This document shows positions 28,946 to 38,370 of a DNA stretch of 64,000 bases, in pieces; the stretch's first letter is position 1, and every line of letters begins with the position of its first letter. The stretch is taken from the NCBI GenBank assembly GCA_963665845.2, contig OY762492.1, positions 800,001-864,000 of the forward strand, read 5' to 3'. A program made the translations under genes and the position numbers. The notes beneath the pieces were generated by a model that did no database searches, had not been told where the DNA came from, and saw only the letters and a program-made list of their open reading frames with translations. The DNA comes from Candidatus Poribacteria bacterium (GTDB taxonomy: Bacteria > Poribacteria > WGA-4E > GCA-2687025).

Positions 28946-29803
28946 TCATTCGTCGGCGTATGCCTGCCACGCGGCTTCGATGTCCGCTTCATCGGGTCCG
29001 TCTTTGTGGACGACGATGCGGTGTTTCAGACGCAGGATGTCTCCTTTCGGCAGCGTTTCGGCGCCGGTGAAGAGATGCCCCTCGCGCGGCGAGAGCGGCC
29101 CGTATTCGCGCGTGAACCATCGATTCGGGTGATGCGGGTTGCTTGGATGGTCTAGGCAGGCTAAGCCTTCGCGCTTATGCCGTCCATACCGTTCGGGGAC
29201 GGGCGCGCTGTAATCGACCCAGCGGGCGGGCTGTCCAAAGGTCTCTTTTTCGCCGCGTCCGCCTTCGCTGTTGAGTATCGCGCCGCCCGCTTTTCCGTTG
29301 AAGGCGTCCCCCATGCGTATGATCGGCATCGCCGACTCTTTGGTCGTTCCGAACGCGATGTCGGTCTGCGCTTCATAGGCGGATTCAAGGTCAAGCGCAT
29401 ACCCGCCGCTTCGGTTGAAGAGCAGCGCGATCCGGCGCGTTTCTTGAAGGAGCGTCTCGCCTGTCGGGGCGTTCCAGTCCAGTATTTGAGTGAATCCGAC
29501 CGCCTCTTTTTTCAGGTCGAGGCTGACATATTCGCGGTGGAGAATGCGTCCGGGGTTATGGCTCGGCAGCTCCAGGTAGAAGGTGACTCCGTTGACGTCG
29601 CCATGCCCCCACCAGACGCCGTGGTGATGGATATGGTCGTGCGGCGCGTCTGCCAGCAGGTTGCGTCCGCTGGGAGCCGGCAGGACGGAGATGTACGGCT
29701 TCAAGGCGGCTCCGTTCATGAGATAGGCGGCATAGACGCGGTTTCCGTCATGGGCGATCCAGCGCCCTTCTTCGCAGATATAGTTCAGGTTTTTTGGGTT
29801 CAT
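28946..29803 (-). CDS. PmoA-like (DUF6807/PF14100-type) family protein
   Basis: DHIHHHGVWWGHGDVNG, LLQETR, ARWVDYS, LDHPSN; start uncertain. Confidence 0.75.
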   Translation of the reverse strand: MNPKNLNYICEEGRWIAHDGNRVYAAYLMNGAALKPYISVLPAPSGRNLLADAPHDHIHHHGVWWGHGDVNGVTFYLELPSHNPGRILHREYVSLDLKKEAVGFTQILDWNAPTGETLLQETRRIALLFNRSGGYALDLESAYEAQTDIAFGTTKESAMPIIRMGDAFNGKAGGAILNSEGGRGEKETFGQPARWVDYSAPVPERYGRHKREGLACLDHPSNPHHPNRWFTREYGPLSPREGHLFTGAETLPKGDILRLKHRIVVHKDGPDEADIEAAWQAYADE

Positions 29804-29875
29804 GCTTTTTCGCTTCCGGTTATATTTTCCATAGCTGTTCAAATGTCCTAGTTTAAGGGGTATGTCGGCGAAACT

Positions 29876-30874
29876 TCAGCGGAAAAGGAGCGTGAACGAA
29901 ACCCTGTGCGCGCTCCCAAGCTCCGCCGCCGGCGTGAAGGCGTAATCGATCTCATACGATCTGCCTGCGAAGCCGAACCCGCCTGTCAACGGGGCGCCGG
30001 TACGGTAGCCCGCCCGAATCGCAAAGCCGTTTTGAAACACATATTCCGCGCCCGCATGCAGCCGCGCCGACGCCCCCCGTTCAAACGACACATCCGCCGC
30101 AATCGTCAAAAACTCCACCTTCGACACGCGCGCGGGAGCCGCCGCCAGCTCGATCGGTATCTCCATCGGCGGCGCCGATTCGATCTGCCGTTCATACGCC
30201 GCGCCGAGACGCAGCTGACGCGGCAGAGGTATCGAATCGCCGTAAAAAAGAGCGTCCGACCCTAAGCCGCGCACGGTTCCCCCGACCTTCAACCCAGAAA
30301 ACGGCGGATGCCAGATTCCGCCGAGATGAACCGCGTACCCGTCCGAACGCGCTTCAGAAAAATCGGACGACCCCGCCGTCTCGCTCAATGAAAAATCCAG
30401 CCCCTGCTGAAAAATCTCCAGCGAACCGCCGACGCGCAGATCGCCCATCCGCCTTGACGCCGCGGCAAACTGCGCATGGCGCGACGAATACTGAAACGAC
30501 CCGATCGTCTCATAACTGCCTGCGCTGCGCGTTGTGTGCGGGACATCGCCGCCGGACAGGATCGACGCCGCGGCGGCGACGCTGGCAATCTCCTGAACCG
30601 GCTGGACGAACCCCGCCCATTCGCGCCGTATTCCGCCGACCCACTCCAGATGCTCGCCCAGAAAACGCGGCTCCGAAATCTGCCCCAGCCCCGCCGGGTT
30701 CCAGTACAGCGCCGAGACGTCGTCCGCGACCGCGGTGAACGCTCCGCCCATCGCGGCGGCGCGCGCGCCTCCCTCCATGTTCAGCGCGGCAGGACCGGTC
30801 AAGCCGCCCGCCGAGAGCCAGCATGGAAAGGCGAGCCATATCGCGCAGCAGGCGCCGAGCGCGGACAAACGCAT
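29876..30874 (-). CDS. PorV/PorQ (UPF0164) family outer-membrane barrel
   Basis: GARAAAMGGAFTAVADDVSALYWNPAGL; C-terminal IDYAF..ELGSAHRVSFTLLF. Confidence 0.9.
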   Translation of the reverse strand: MRLSALGACCAIWLAFPCWLSAGGLTGPAALNMEGGARAAAMGGAFTAVADDVSALYWNPAGLGQISEPRFLGEHLEWVGGIRREWAGFVQPVQEIASVAAAASILSGGDVPHTTRSAGSYETIGSFQYSSRHAQFAAASRRMGDLRVGGSLEIFQQGLDFSLSETAGSSDFSEARSDGYAVHLGGIWHPPFSGLKVGGTVRGLGSDALFYGDSIPLPRQLRLGAAYERQIESAPPMEIPIELAAAPARVSKVEFLTIAADVSFERGASARLHAGAEYVFQNGFAIRAGYRTGAPLTGGFGFAGRSYEIDYAFTPAAELGSAHRVSFTLLFR

Positions 30875-30882
30875 CGTTTCCC

Positions 30883-33800
30883 TCACCGTATCACAAAGAT
30901 TTGGCCGACTCGGCTCCCTGCCGCGGTCGACGCCGAGTATAGATACAAGCCCGTCGCCGCGAGATCCCCCCCGCGCGTTCTGCCGTCCCATTCCGCCGTT
31001 CCTGCCAGGCTTTTTTCAAGCCGCCGAACGAGCCGACCGTCCAACGTGTAGATCGCCACCTCGGCGCCGCGCGGCAGATTTTCAAAACGAAGCGATAAAC
31101 CGCCCAACCGAAACGGGTTCGGGTACACAACGACTCGGTCGAACGAAGCGGGCAGCTTTAAACGCCCGGCGCGGAAAAGCCCAAACTCGCGCGTGTTGGC
31201 GGAAACGGCGCCCGCCGATGTGTCGGTCTGCTGCTGTCCGGACAGCAGCTCCCAGCGGGCGGGGACAGCGTCCGCGTTCAGACGAAAGATCATGATCGGC
31301 GCCTCCGCGGAATCGCCGGCGACCGGCAGGGCAGGGAAGCCGAGCGTGACGGTCGCGGGGCGGTAAAGGCGCGGGGCGTTGGAAACGAACAGGCGCGCTG
31401 TGCCGCGCAGCTCCTCTTCAAAAGCGTCGTCCATGTTGGCGCGGGCGAGGTTCGCGTTCGCCTCTTTCATCGCTTGAAGCAGCGCGTCGCCTGTAGGCGG
31501 AACGATGTTGACCCAGGCGCCTTCCGGGGCGGCGCCTGCAGGGATCAGCGCCGTAGCGCGCGCGTCAAACCCGGCGCGTATCAGAACGGCGCTGTCGACA
31601 GACGCCTCGTTGACGACGGAGCGCACAGGTCCCGCGGTGGAGCCTGCCCCGACCGCCGGCGGACCGGCGGAACCGTCCGAAGCGGCGACCGTCACATAAA
31701 ACGGAACATTGTCGGCAGGCGTCTCGACAGCAACCGATGGACGCGGCGCGTTCGGCAGGCGCAGAACCGAGCGCGCCGGTTGTACGCCCTCTAAAGAGGC
31801 GCCGTTCCGCGCGGGACTTTCGGTCAAATAGACGCGGTATTCGCCTATCGTCGGGTCGTCAATGTCGTTCCACGAGACAATCAGAAAGCCGCCCTTGTCG
31901 CTTGGCGCGTCGATAGCGGTCGCGCCTGACACCGCTTCAGGCGGGATGTCGTCCGTTGAATAGACGGGTCCCGCCGCCTGCTCTGGACGCGCGGGGGACA
32001 GATTTCCGTTCACATCCCGCGCCAGAATGGTCACATAAAACGGACCCTGTCGGTTTGTCTCGCCGGGGTCTGCGGCGGGCGTCGGCGCGGGAATAGGAAT
32101 GAGCGCCTGCGAAGCGGCGCTGTCGCCGACAACGGCGGCGGGGCGAAGGTCAGGCGGAAGCGGATCGGAAAGCGGCGCCGCCGTCACATAAAGAACATAC
32201 GCCTCAAAGTCAGGCTCCGGCGGACCGGGCGTCCATGTCGCCAGAAGGCGTCCGCCTTGATCGTTCGGCGCGTCTTCGGCGGCGGCGTTCGACGGTCCGG
32301 CGGGGCGGATATTGTCGACCGCCGCTGCAGGTCCGGCGGTCGATTCGCCGGCGAGAAGAGCGCTCTCGTTCTGCGCCGAGTCGATCGCAACGACCGCGGC
32401 GTAATAGTCCGCGTTGTTGATGGGCGCGTCCAGATCCAGCGCGTAGGAGCCTCCGCCGCCTTCCGCCGCATGCTTCGCCGCAGGTATCAGCCCTCGGACG
32501 CTGTGAATCGGAAACGTTTCGCGGTACACATAAAAACGGCGGATGTCGCGCGCGTCGCCGCTCCATTCCCAGGTCAAGTTCAAAACGTTCCCTTGATCGT
32601 TCGGCGCGTCCGCTATGCGCAGCGCCATGACGGGCGCCGGCGCGACAGCGTCTAAGGTAACGCGGCGCGCCGCCGTCAACGAGGCGCGGTTGCCGTTCGC
32701 GTCTTCAAGGCGCCCTGTCACCGTTTGATCAATGAGATGATCGTCCTCCTGAACCGCGTATTCGCCGACATACAGCCCGTCGAACGGCTCCATATCGGCG
32801 CCCGCCCCGTCGTCAAACATGAGAATGCCGCGCCTTGCCGTTCCGATGTCGAAGGACGCCTTGCCCCCAGGTTCCCCTTGAAGTTGAACCGTCAAGAGAG
32901 CGCCTTTAGCGAGCGGCTGATCAGCGTCATGCGAGACGGAGTCGATGCGGGGCGGAACGGTGTCGATCGCCGCGGGGAACGGCGCCGCCAGCGACGCTTC
33001 GTTCCCTGCCGCGTCGACAAGAACGACCGTGACAACGGCGGCTTCAGCGTTGTCGTTTGGAAAAATCGCCGCGGAGCCTGTGTAAAAACCTTCCGCCGTC
33101 TCCGTCATCGGGATGTCTTCGCGGACGCCTTCGATATGAAAGCGGGCGTCGGCGCCAGGTTCCCCCTCCGCCTCGACGGTCAAAACGCCGCCCGCGCCGA
33201 GAGCCGAGACGCCGTCATGCCGAACGCTGTACACGGCGGGGGGAGTCGTGTCGATGTCGATCGGGGCGGGCGTCTCTCGGCTTGCTAAGTTTCCGACAGC
33301 GTCCTCCACATAAACCGTCGCCGTTCCGTTTGTCATGTTGTCGCCGGGGCGCGCTTCGTAAGCGCCTTCATACAACCCTGGCTGTTCTTCGTTTTCGGTG
33401 AGAACAACGACCGCCTCAAAAACGCCGTCAGTAAGTATCGCATACGCCGCCGCGCCGGTCTCGGAACGGACGGAGATGTCGACCCGTTCGCCCGCGCGCA
33501 GCGGCTTCTCGGCGTTGTGCCGGGCGCCGAAAATGGCGGGCGGTTTTGTGTCGATTGTAACGCGCCGATCCATCGGCAGCTCCGCCTCGAAACGCAGCGC
33601 GGGAGAGTCGGACGAAATGCGAACGATGAGCGGCGCGTTCTCGGCGTTGTCGCCTTGTTGAACCTCGTAGGAACCGATGTAGTTTCCGTCCCCGTTCTCC
33701 TGAAGCGAAAACTGAACGGCGGTACCTTCTATGAAAGCGGACGCGCTCCAGCCGGGCGGCGCGGTCATGGCGGCGCTCAAGGTTCCGCCGATCCCGATCG

Positions 33801-36800
33801 GCTCGAACCCGTCATGGTCGGCGCGTTCGATCCAGTAAGCGGCGAGTCGATACGGCGCCGGCTGACTGGCGGAGACGCGCAGATAAAGCGAGCGCGCGTC
33901 GGCGGGAATCCACGCGGCATGCGCGTTCAACGGAAAGCCGACCTGCCCGTTTTCCTCTGACAGCGGCTCAAGACGCGCCTCCCCCTCCAACGCGGCGAGA
34001 ACGCCGTAGCCCGCCGACGCATCAACCGATAGGCGGAACCAGTCCTCGTCTGATTTGCCCCATACCGCCCCTTCCGTTTCGGCGTTCAACGGCAGGGAGA
34101 GGGCTAATTGGGGATTGCCGTTCGGCTCTTGTTCGCGCCGTTTTTCGTCGGGCGCGGGACGCTGCTCAATGCGAATCTGGTACGGCGAACCGCCTATTCC
34201 AACCGCCTTGATGTAATACGCGCCTGCGGCAAGGCTGGACGGCGGCGTTTGCGCCGTTCCGTTCAGCTCGCCAAACGGCTCAAGCTGTCCGTCTATTTCT
34301 TGGTAAAATTCTATCTGTCCTGAGGCGGCGGCGACCGTCCATAGACGCTCTTCGCCGTCCGTTGCGTCCCATCGAAACCAGTCCTCGTCGTTCGGCTGAG
34401 TCGCCGCGCCGGATATTTCTACGGTCTCGCCGGATACGGCGTTTGCCCGCAGGGGCGTTCCGTTCGGCTCCATCTCCCATACGGCATCGGGCGTCGGTCG
34501 GCTTTGGGAGAGGGCGATCTCATACTGTCCAGGGTCGCCGTCAATGCGGACGAGCAGTTCGCCAGGGGGAAGTCCAGCGGCGGCGTAGGCGTGCGGGTCG
34601 GCGTTTCCGTCGGCGGAGATCTGCGCCGCGGCCTCCTCTTCAGCCAACGAAAACGGCAAAAAGAGCGTCGCGCGCGTCTGTCCGGCGGCGCGCCGCGTGA
34701 GACGCATGCCCGCCGGCCCCGCTTCCGAAAGCTGAAAGCGGAACCAGTCGGCGCCGCCTTCTTCTAGATCGCCGGCGATCTCGGCGCCGAACGGAGCGGG
34801 CTGGGCGTCGGCGGGGGAACTGTTCGGCTCCCGTTCCCGCGTCTGTATCGGGTCAAATGTGAAACGGCGCGCCGCGGGCGGAAGGCTCCCGTCCGCAGGC
34901 TCCACCGTAAAAAGATGTTCGCCGGGGGGCAGGTCGACCAGCAGCGCCTCGTTGGAAGTTGTGTATTGATAGGCGCCTTCGTCCACCTTAAAACGAAAGC
35001 CGCGAATCGGCTTCCCGTCCGCAAAACGCGACCATCGAAACGCCGCGGAGCCTGTATGCACAGCCCCGAACGGACCCGACAGAATGCGCAGACCGCCGTT
35101 GTCGACAGGGGGCGGGTTCGGAATGGAGCGGGTCGGGCCGACAACGCTTATCGGCGCGAGGCGCGACTCGTTGCCGGCGCGGTCGACCGCTGTGACGGCG
35201 GCGTACAGATCCGCGCCGTCGATGGGGGTCGGGACGCTCGCCGCGGTGAGGCGCCGGTCAGGCAGCTGCGCCGCGGCGGCTCCCTGTTCAGATGCCGTTT
35301 TAGACAGGTCGAACGGCGTCCGCGACAGATAGACGCGGTATTCCAAAAAATCGGGCGCGGGGGACGCTTCCCAAGCGGCTGTCAGATAGCCGCCGTCGTC
35401 GCCTGGACGGTCAAGGGCGCGGGAAAGGCGGACGGGCGGCGGGGGCAGGTTGTCTAAAGGCGCCGCCGGACCGGCGACCGAACCGCCTTCGTCAAAACGC
35501 AACGCCGAAAGGTTGCCCGCCTCATCCTCCGCGGCGACCGCCGCATAATAGGCGCCAGGCGACTCCGTCAACACAAGAGCGGGAGGGCTGTCGGTCAACG
35601 CCGCCGCCTCCTCCATTAAACGTATATCCACGATTGGATCCCGCGACAGATAAATGCGGTATTGAGACGCGCCGATGGACGCCTGCCAGTTGACAAGCAG
35701 CGCGCCGCCCTCGTCGCCCGGCGCGTCTTCAACCGACGCGCCCAGAACGGCGGCAGGCGGATCCGCGTCCAGACGGACAGGGCGCTCCGAGGTTCGCTCC
35801 GCCGTCTTGCCGTTGGAGAGGCGCAATTCCGCCTTGACGCGGCCGTCTTCCAGCAGGTCGCCGTCCATCGGCGCGTATGTCCCAGTGTAGACGCCCGGCT
35901 CCGTTTCCAGCATCGGAATGGGGCCGCGGTAGGTCTCTCCGTCGGCGCCGATGAGCGAGAAGGCGGCGTCCGCGTTTGGGCTGCCTTCCAGCGCGGCATG
36001 CAGCTCGTCGCCGACGCGCATCGGATGGACGGGCGCGTTATGCGTCAACCGCTCAATGAACGGGTAAGCGGCGTCGAATGCAAGGTCGTAGGGCGTTTGC
36101 GCCTCGGCGGCGTTTCCTGCGGCGTCGGTCAATACAGCGCGAACCGCCGCGTTTTCAACGATTTCCCCCGGCGCGGCGGCGTATTCTCCGACATAAACCC
36201 CGCTGCCTGCAGGCTCTTCAAACAGCGGCAGATCGGTTCGAAACGGCGCGTCGGGAAGAAGGATGGAGAACATGCCGAAGACGCCCGATTCGCCCCGCGC
36301 CTCGACGCGCACCGTTTCGCCGTCGACCGACGCCTGAACCGAGTCGATGCGCGGCGGAACCGTATCGATGCGCAGCGGCTGTACGACAGGATAAACGGCG
36401 GAGTTTCCCGCGGCGTCTTTGGCGGTAACGCGGATATATCCTTCGTCCGTTTGATCATGCGGCTGAATAACAATTTCAGCTTCGTAGGCGCCGGGTTCCG
36501 TTTCGTTTTGGTTAAAAAGGAAACCGCCGCGGATGACGGAGCCGTCTTTCCGCGCTAGGCTTGCCTCTAGGGCGAGGTTCGGTTCGCCTTCGGCGCGCAG
36601 CGTCAAGAGGCCGCCCGCTTTGAGCGGCTTGGAGGCGTTGTGCCAGACGCGGTCTAGTCGGGGCGGTATGCCGTCTACCGAGAATTGCCCTGGGAAGAAG
36701 GCTGCCGCTGCGGCGCCGTCCATTTCAAGGCGCGCTTGGAGCCGTAGGTTTTCCCCTGCGGCGCCTTCAGGTATCGCCATCTCCGCCTCGTACGCTCCGC

Positions 36801-38370
36801 CGCCGATGTCTGTCATCAGAACTGGGGGAACGGCGGCGCCGTCGATTTCAACCCAAACGCGCCCTCCAGAACGCCATCTCAAATACGGGCGGAGAACGGC
36901 GCCGGCGGGCAGCGTCTCCCCCGCAGGGCGGTCTGCGTCAACGCGCATCTCGTATAGAAAAAACGGGGTCAGCGCATACGGCTCATACGCCGCGCCGGTC
37001 GATTCGGCGGCGATCCAGTACTCGCCCTGCGCCAGCTCTGCCTGCAGTTTCCCGCTTGTAGACTCTGTCAGAACGCCCCCCGACCTGTCCATCAGCCGCA
37101 GCGACGCCGGCGCCGACAACGGACCTTTAAAAGAAAGCGCCAAAATTCCGTTCGACGGCGCCTCGAACCGATAAACATCCACATCGCCGGGGAAGCTGAA
37201 CGTCCCGCGCGCCGTCCCGCCGACCTGTATCTCGCCGGCGGAGGCGGGCGTTCCGTTCGGCTCCATTTCAAGCGTTTCGTCGTTTGCCGGCGTTTCAAGT
37301 TTGAGCGCGATCAGATACGGCGCGGGCTTTTCTTCTGGCGGATGATGAACGCGAAGCGTCCATTCTCCGAACGCCGCGCCTGTTTGCGCCGCTTCCGCCT
37401 GCCGATTTGCCGGCGCCGCCGGGAGACGCGCGGCAAGGCGCGACGGATCAGCCGAGCCGCCGGCGTAAGCGTCCAGAACCGCCCCGCCCGACGCGCCGAG
37501 CCGGTAAAAACCGAGACGCAAACGCCGCGGCGAAGGGATGTCCAGAACCGCGCGAACCGCCGCGTCCGTATCGCCTAAAATAAGCGCGGACGGCTCCCGT
37601 TCGCTCAACCGAACCGGCGCGCTGTTCTCGTCCGCCCGGTAGATTCCGTCGGGCAGCGCCATGACAGACGCCGTGAGACGATACGCGGCTCCGCCTTCCA
37701 CGCGCACATGCCAGCCGCTTCGTCTGGACGCAAACGCAAAGGCGAGCGTTCCGCTGTTGTCCGCCGTTCCCTCAAAAGCGGGAACCCAAGCCGCCTCGTC
37801 CAACGGCGTTGAGCCTTCATAGATGAGAACGCGCCCCGGCGGCCCGTTTTCCTGTCGATACAGTACATGTACGACAGCGCGCGCGTTTCCCGTGTCGATG
37901 CGGAACCAGTCGGAATCGCCTGAATCGTCCGCGGGGACGGCGGACGCGATACCGTTTGGTAAAAGCGGCGCTTCCTGCGGCGTTCCCCCTGGCTGCGCCG
38001 TCTCTTGAAGACCGCCGTACTCGGCGCGGAAATACCATACCGCGGGCGTCGGGTCTTCCTGCGCATTCACATCCACCGCCGCGACCGAAACGGCATGGGC
38101 GCCATGCTCGATTCCGTAAAGCGCGAGGCGGTTTTGAAACGTTAAAAACGGCTCCCCGCCGTCGATGCGGACGCGGTATGCGGCGACAGGTTGATCCAGC
38201 CGGTCGGGCATTCCCGCCCATTCAAACAGGGCGTCCGGACTGCGCAGAACCTCCGTCGGTCCCGCCGCCGGGAACGTGTCCGGCGGGGCGGACGCTCCCG
38301 CGCATACGCATAGCGCGCACAAAAGAAGCGCGGCGGCGTTTAAAGGCGCAAGACGAACGTCACGGCGCAA
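30883..38370 (-). CDS. very large (about 2500 aa) secreted repeat protein with PPC-like, Ig/Fn3-like repeats and FlgD/T9SS-type CTD
   Basis: Signal peptide; ExEPN..P..A PPC-like repeats; five DxPxDxG(G/N)..L..W repeats; C-terminal VYPNPF...IYTLDGRLVRRL...WDGR..G...ATGLYLY; start approximate (TTG 38370). Confidence 0.88.
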   Translation of the reverse strand: MRRDVRLAPLNAAALLLCALCVCAGASAPPDTFPAAGPTEVLRSPDALFEWAGMPDRLDQPVAAYRVRIDGGEPFLTFQNRLALYGIEHGAHAVSVAAVDVNAQEDPTPAVWYFRAEYGGLQETAQPGGTPQEAPLLPNGIASAVPADDSGDSDWFRIDTGNARAVVHVLYRQENGPPGRVLIYEGSTPLDEAAWVPAFEGTADNSGTLAFAFASRRSGWHVRVEGGAAYRLTASVMALPDGIYRADENSAPVRLSEREPSALILGDTDAAVRAVLDIPSPRRLRLGFYRLGASGGAVLDAYAGGSADPSRLAARLPAAPANRQAEAAQTGAAFGEWTLRVHHPPEEKPAPYLIALKLETPANDETLEMEPNGTPASAGEIQVGGTARGTFSFPGDVDVYRFEAPSNGILALSFKGPLSAPASLRLMDRSGGVLTESTSGKLQAELAQGEYWIAAESTGAAYEPYALTPFFLYEMRVDADRPAGETLPAGAVLRPYLRWRSGGRVWVEIDGAAVPPVLMTDIGGGAYEAEMAIPEGAAGENLRLQARLEMDGAAAAAFFPGQFSVDGIPPRLDRVWHNASKPLKAGGLLTLRAEGEPNLALEASLARKDGSVIRGGFLFNQNETEPGAYEAEIVIQPHDQTDEGYIRVTAKDAAGNSAVYPVVQPLRIDTVPPRIDSVQASVDGETVRVEARGESGVFGMFSILLPDAPFRTDLPLFEEPAGSGVYVGEYAAAPGEIVENAAVRAVLTDAAGNAAEAQTPYDLAFDAAYPFIERLTHNAPVHPMRVGDELHAALEGSPNADAAFSLIGADGETYRGPIPMLETEPGVYTGTYAPMDGDLLEDGRVKAELRLSNGKTAERTSERPVRLDADPPAAVLGASVEDAPGDEGGALLVNWQASIGASQYRIYLSRDPIVDIRLMEEAAALTDSPPALVLTESPGAYYAAVAAEDEAGNLSALRFDEGGSVAGPAAPLDNLPPPPVRLSRALDRPGDDGGYLTAAWEASPAPDFLEYRVYLSRTPFDLSKTASEQGAAAAQLPDRRLTAASVPTPIDGADLYAAVTAVDRAGNESRLAPISVVGPTRSIPNPPPVDNGGLRILSGPFGAVHTGSAAFRWSRFADGKPIRGFRFKVDEGAYQYTTSNEALLVDLPPGEHLFTVEPADGSLPPAARRFTFDPIQTREREPNSSPADAQPAPFGAEIAGDLEEGGADWFRFQLSEAGPAGMRLTRRAAGQTRATLFLPFSLAEEEAAAQISADGNADPHAYAAAGLPPGELLVRIDGDPGQYEIALSQSRPTPDAVWEMEPNGTPLRANAVSGETVEISGAATQPNDEDWFRWDATDGEERLWTVAAASGQIEFYQEIDGQLEPFGELNGTAQTPPSSLAAGAYYIKAVGIGGSPYQIRIEQRPAPDEKRREQEPNGNPQLALSLPLNAETEGAVWGKSDEDWFRLSVDASAGYGVLAALEGEARLEPLSEENGQVGFPLNAHAAWIPADARSLYLRVSASQPAPYRLAAYWIERADHDGFEPIGIGGTLSAAMTAPPGWSASAFIEGTAVQFSLQENGDGNYIGSYEVQQGDNAENAPLIVRISSDSPALRFEAELPMDRRVTIDTKPPAIFGARHNAEKPLRAGERVDISVRSETGAAAYAILTDGVFEAVVVLTENEEQPGLYEGAYEARPGDNMTNGTATVYVEDAVGNLASRETPAPIDIDTTPPAVYSVRHDGVSALGAGGVLTVEAEGEPGADARFHIEGVREDIPMTETAEGFYTGSAAIFPNDNAEAAVVTVVLVDAAGNEASLAAPFPAAIDTVPPRIDSVSHDADQPLAKGALLTVQLQGEPGGKASFDIGTARRGILMFDDGAGADMEPFDGLYVGEYAVQEDDHLIDQTVTGRLEDANGNRASLTAARRVTLDAVAPAPVMALRIADAPNDQGNVLNLTWEWSGDARDIRRFYVYRETFPIHSVRGLIPAAKHAAEGGGGSYALDLDAPINNADYYAAVVAIDSAQNESALLAGESTAGPAAAVDNIRPAGPSNAAAEDAPNDQGGRLLATWTPGPPEPDFEAYVLYVTAAPLSDPLPPDLRPAAVVGDSAASQALIPIPAPTPAADPGETNRQGPFYVTILARDVNGNLSPARPEQAAGPVYSTDDIPPEAVSGATAIDAPSDKGGFLIVSWNDIDDPTIGEYRVYLTESPARNGASLEGVQPARSVLRLPNAPRPSVAVETPADNVPFYVTVAASDGSAGPPAVGAGSTAGPVRSVVNEASVDSAVLIRAGFDARATALIPAGAAPEGAWVNIVPPTGDALLQAMKEANANLARANMDDAFEEELRGTARLFVSNAPRLYRPATVTLGFPALPVAGDSAEAPIMIFRLNADAVPARWELLSGQQQTDTSAGAVSANTREFGLFRAGRLKLPASFDRVVVYPNPFRLGGLSLRFENLPRGAEVAIYTLDGRLVRRLEKSLAGTAEWDGRTRGGDLAATGLYLYSASTAAGSRVGQIFVIR

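Noticed and set aside
28946-29803. Methane monooxygenase function for the PmoA-like protein
   Set aside because: Soluble sequence lacking the TM helices of true PmoA and no pmoC/pmoB neighbours; the family name is misleading.
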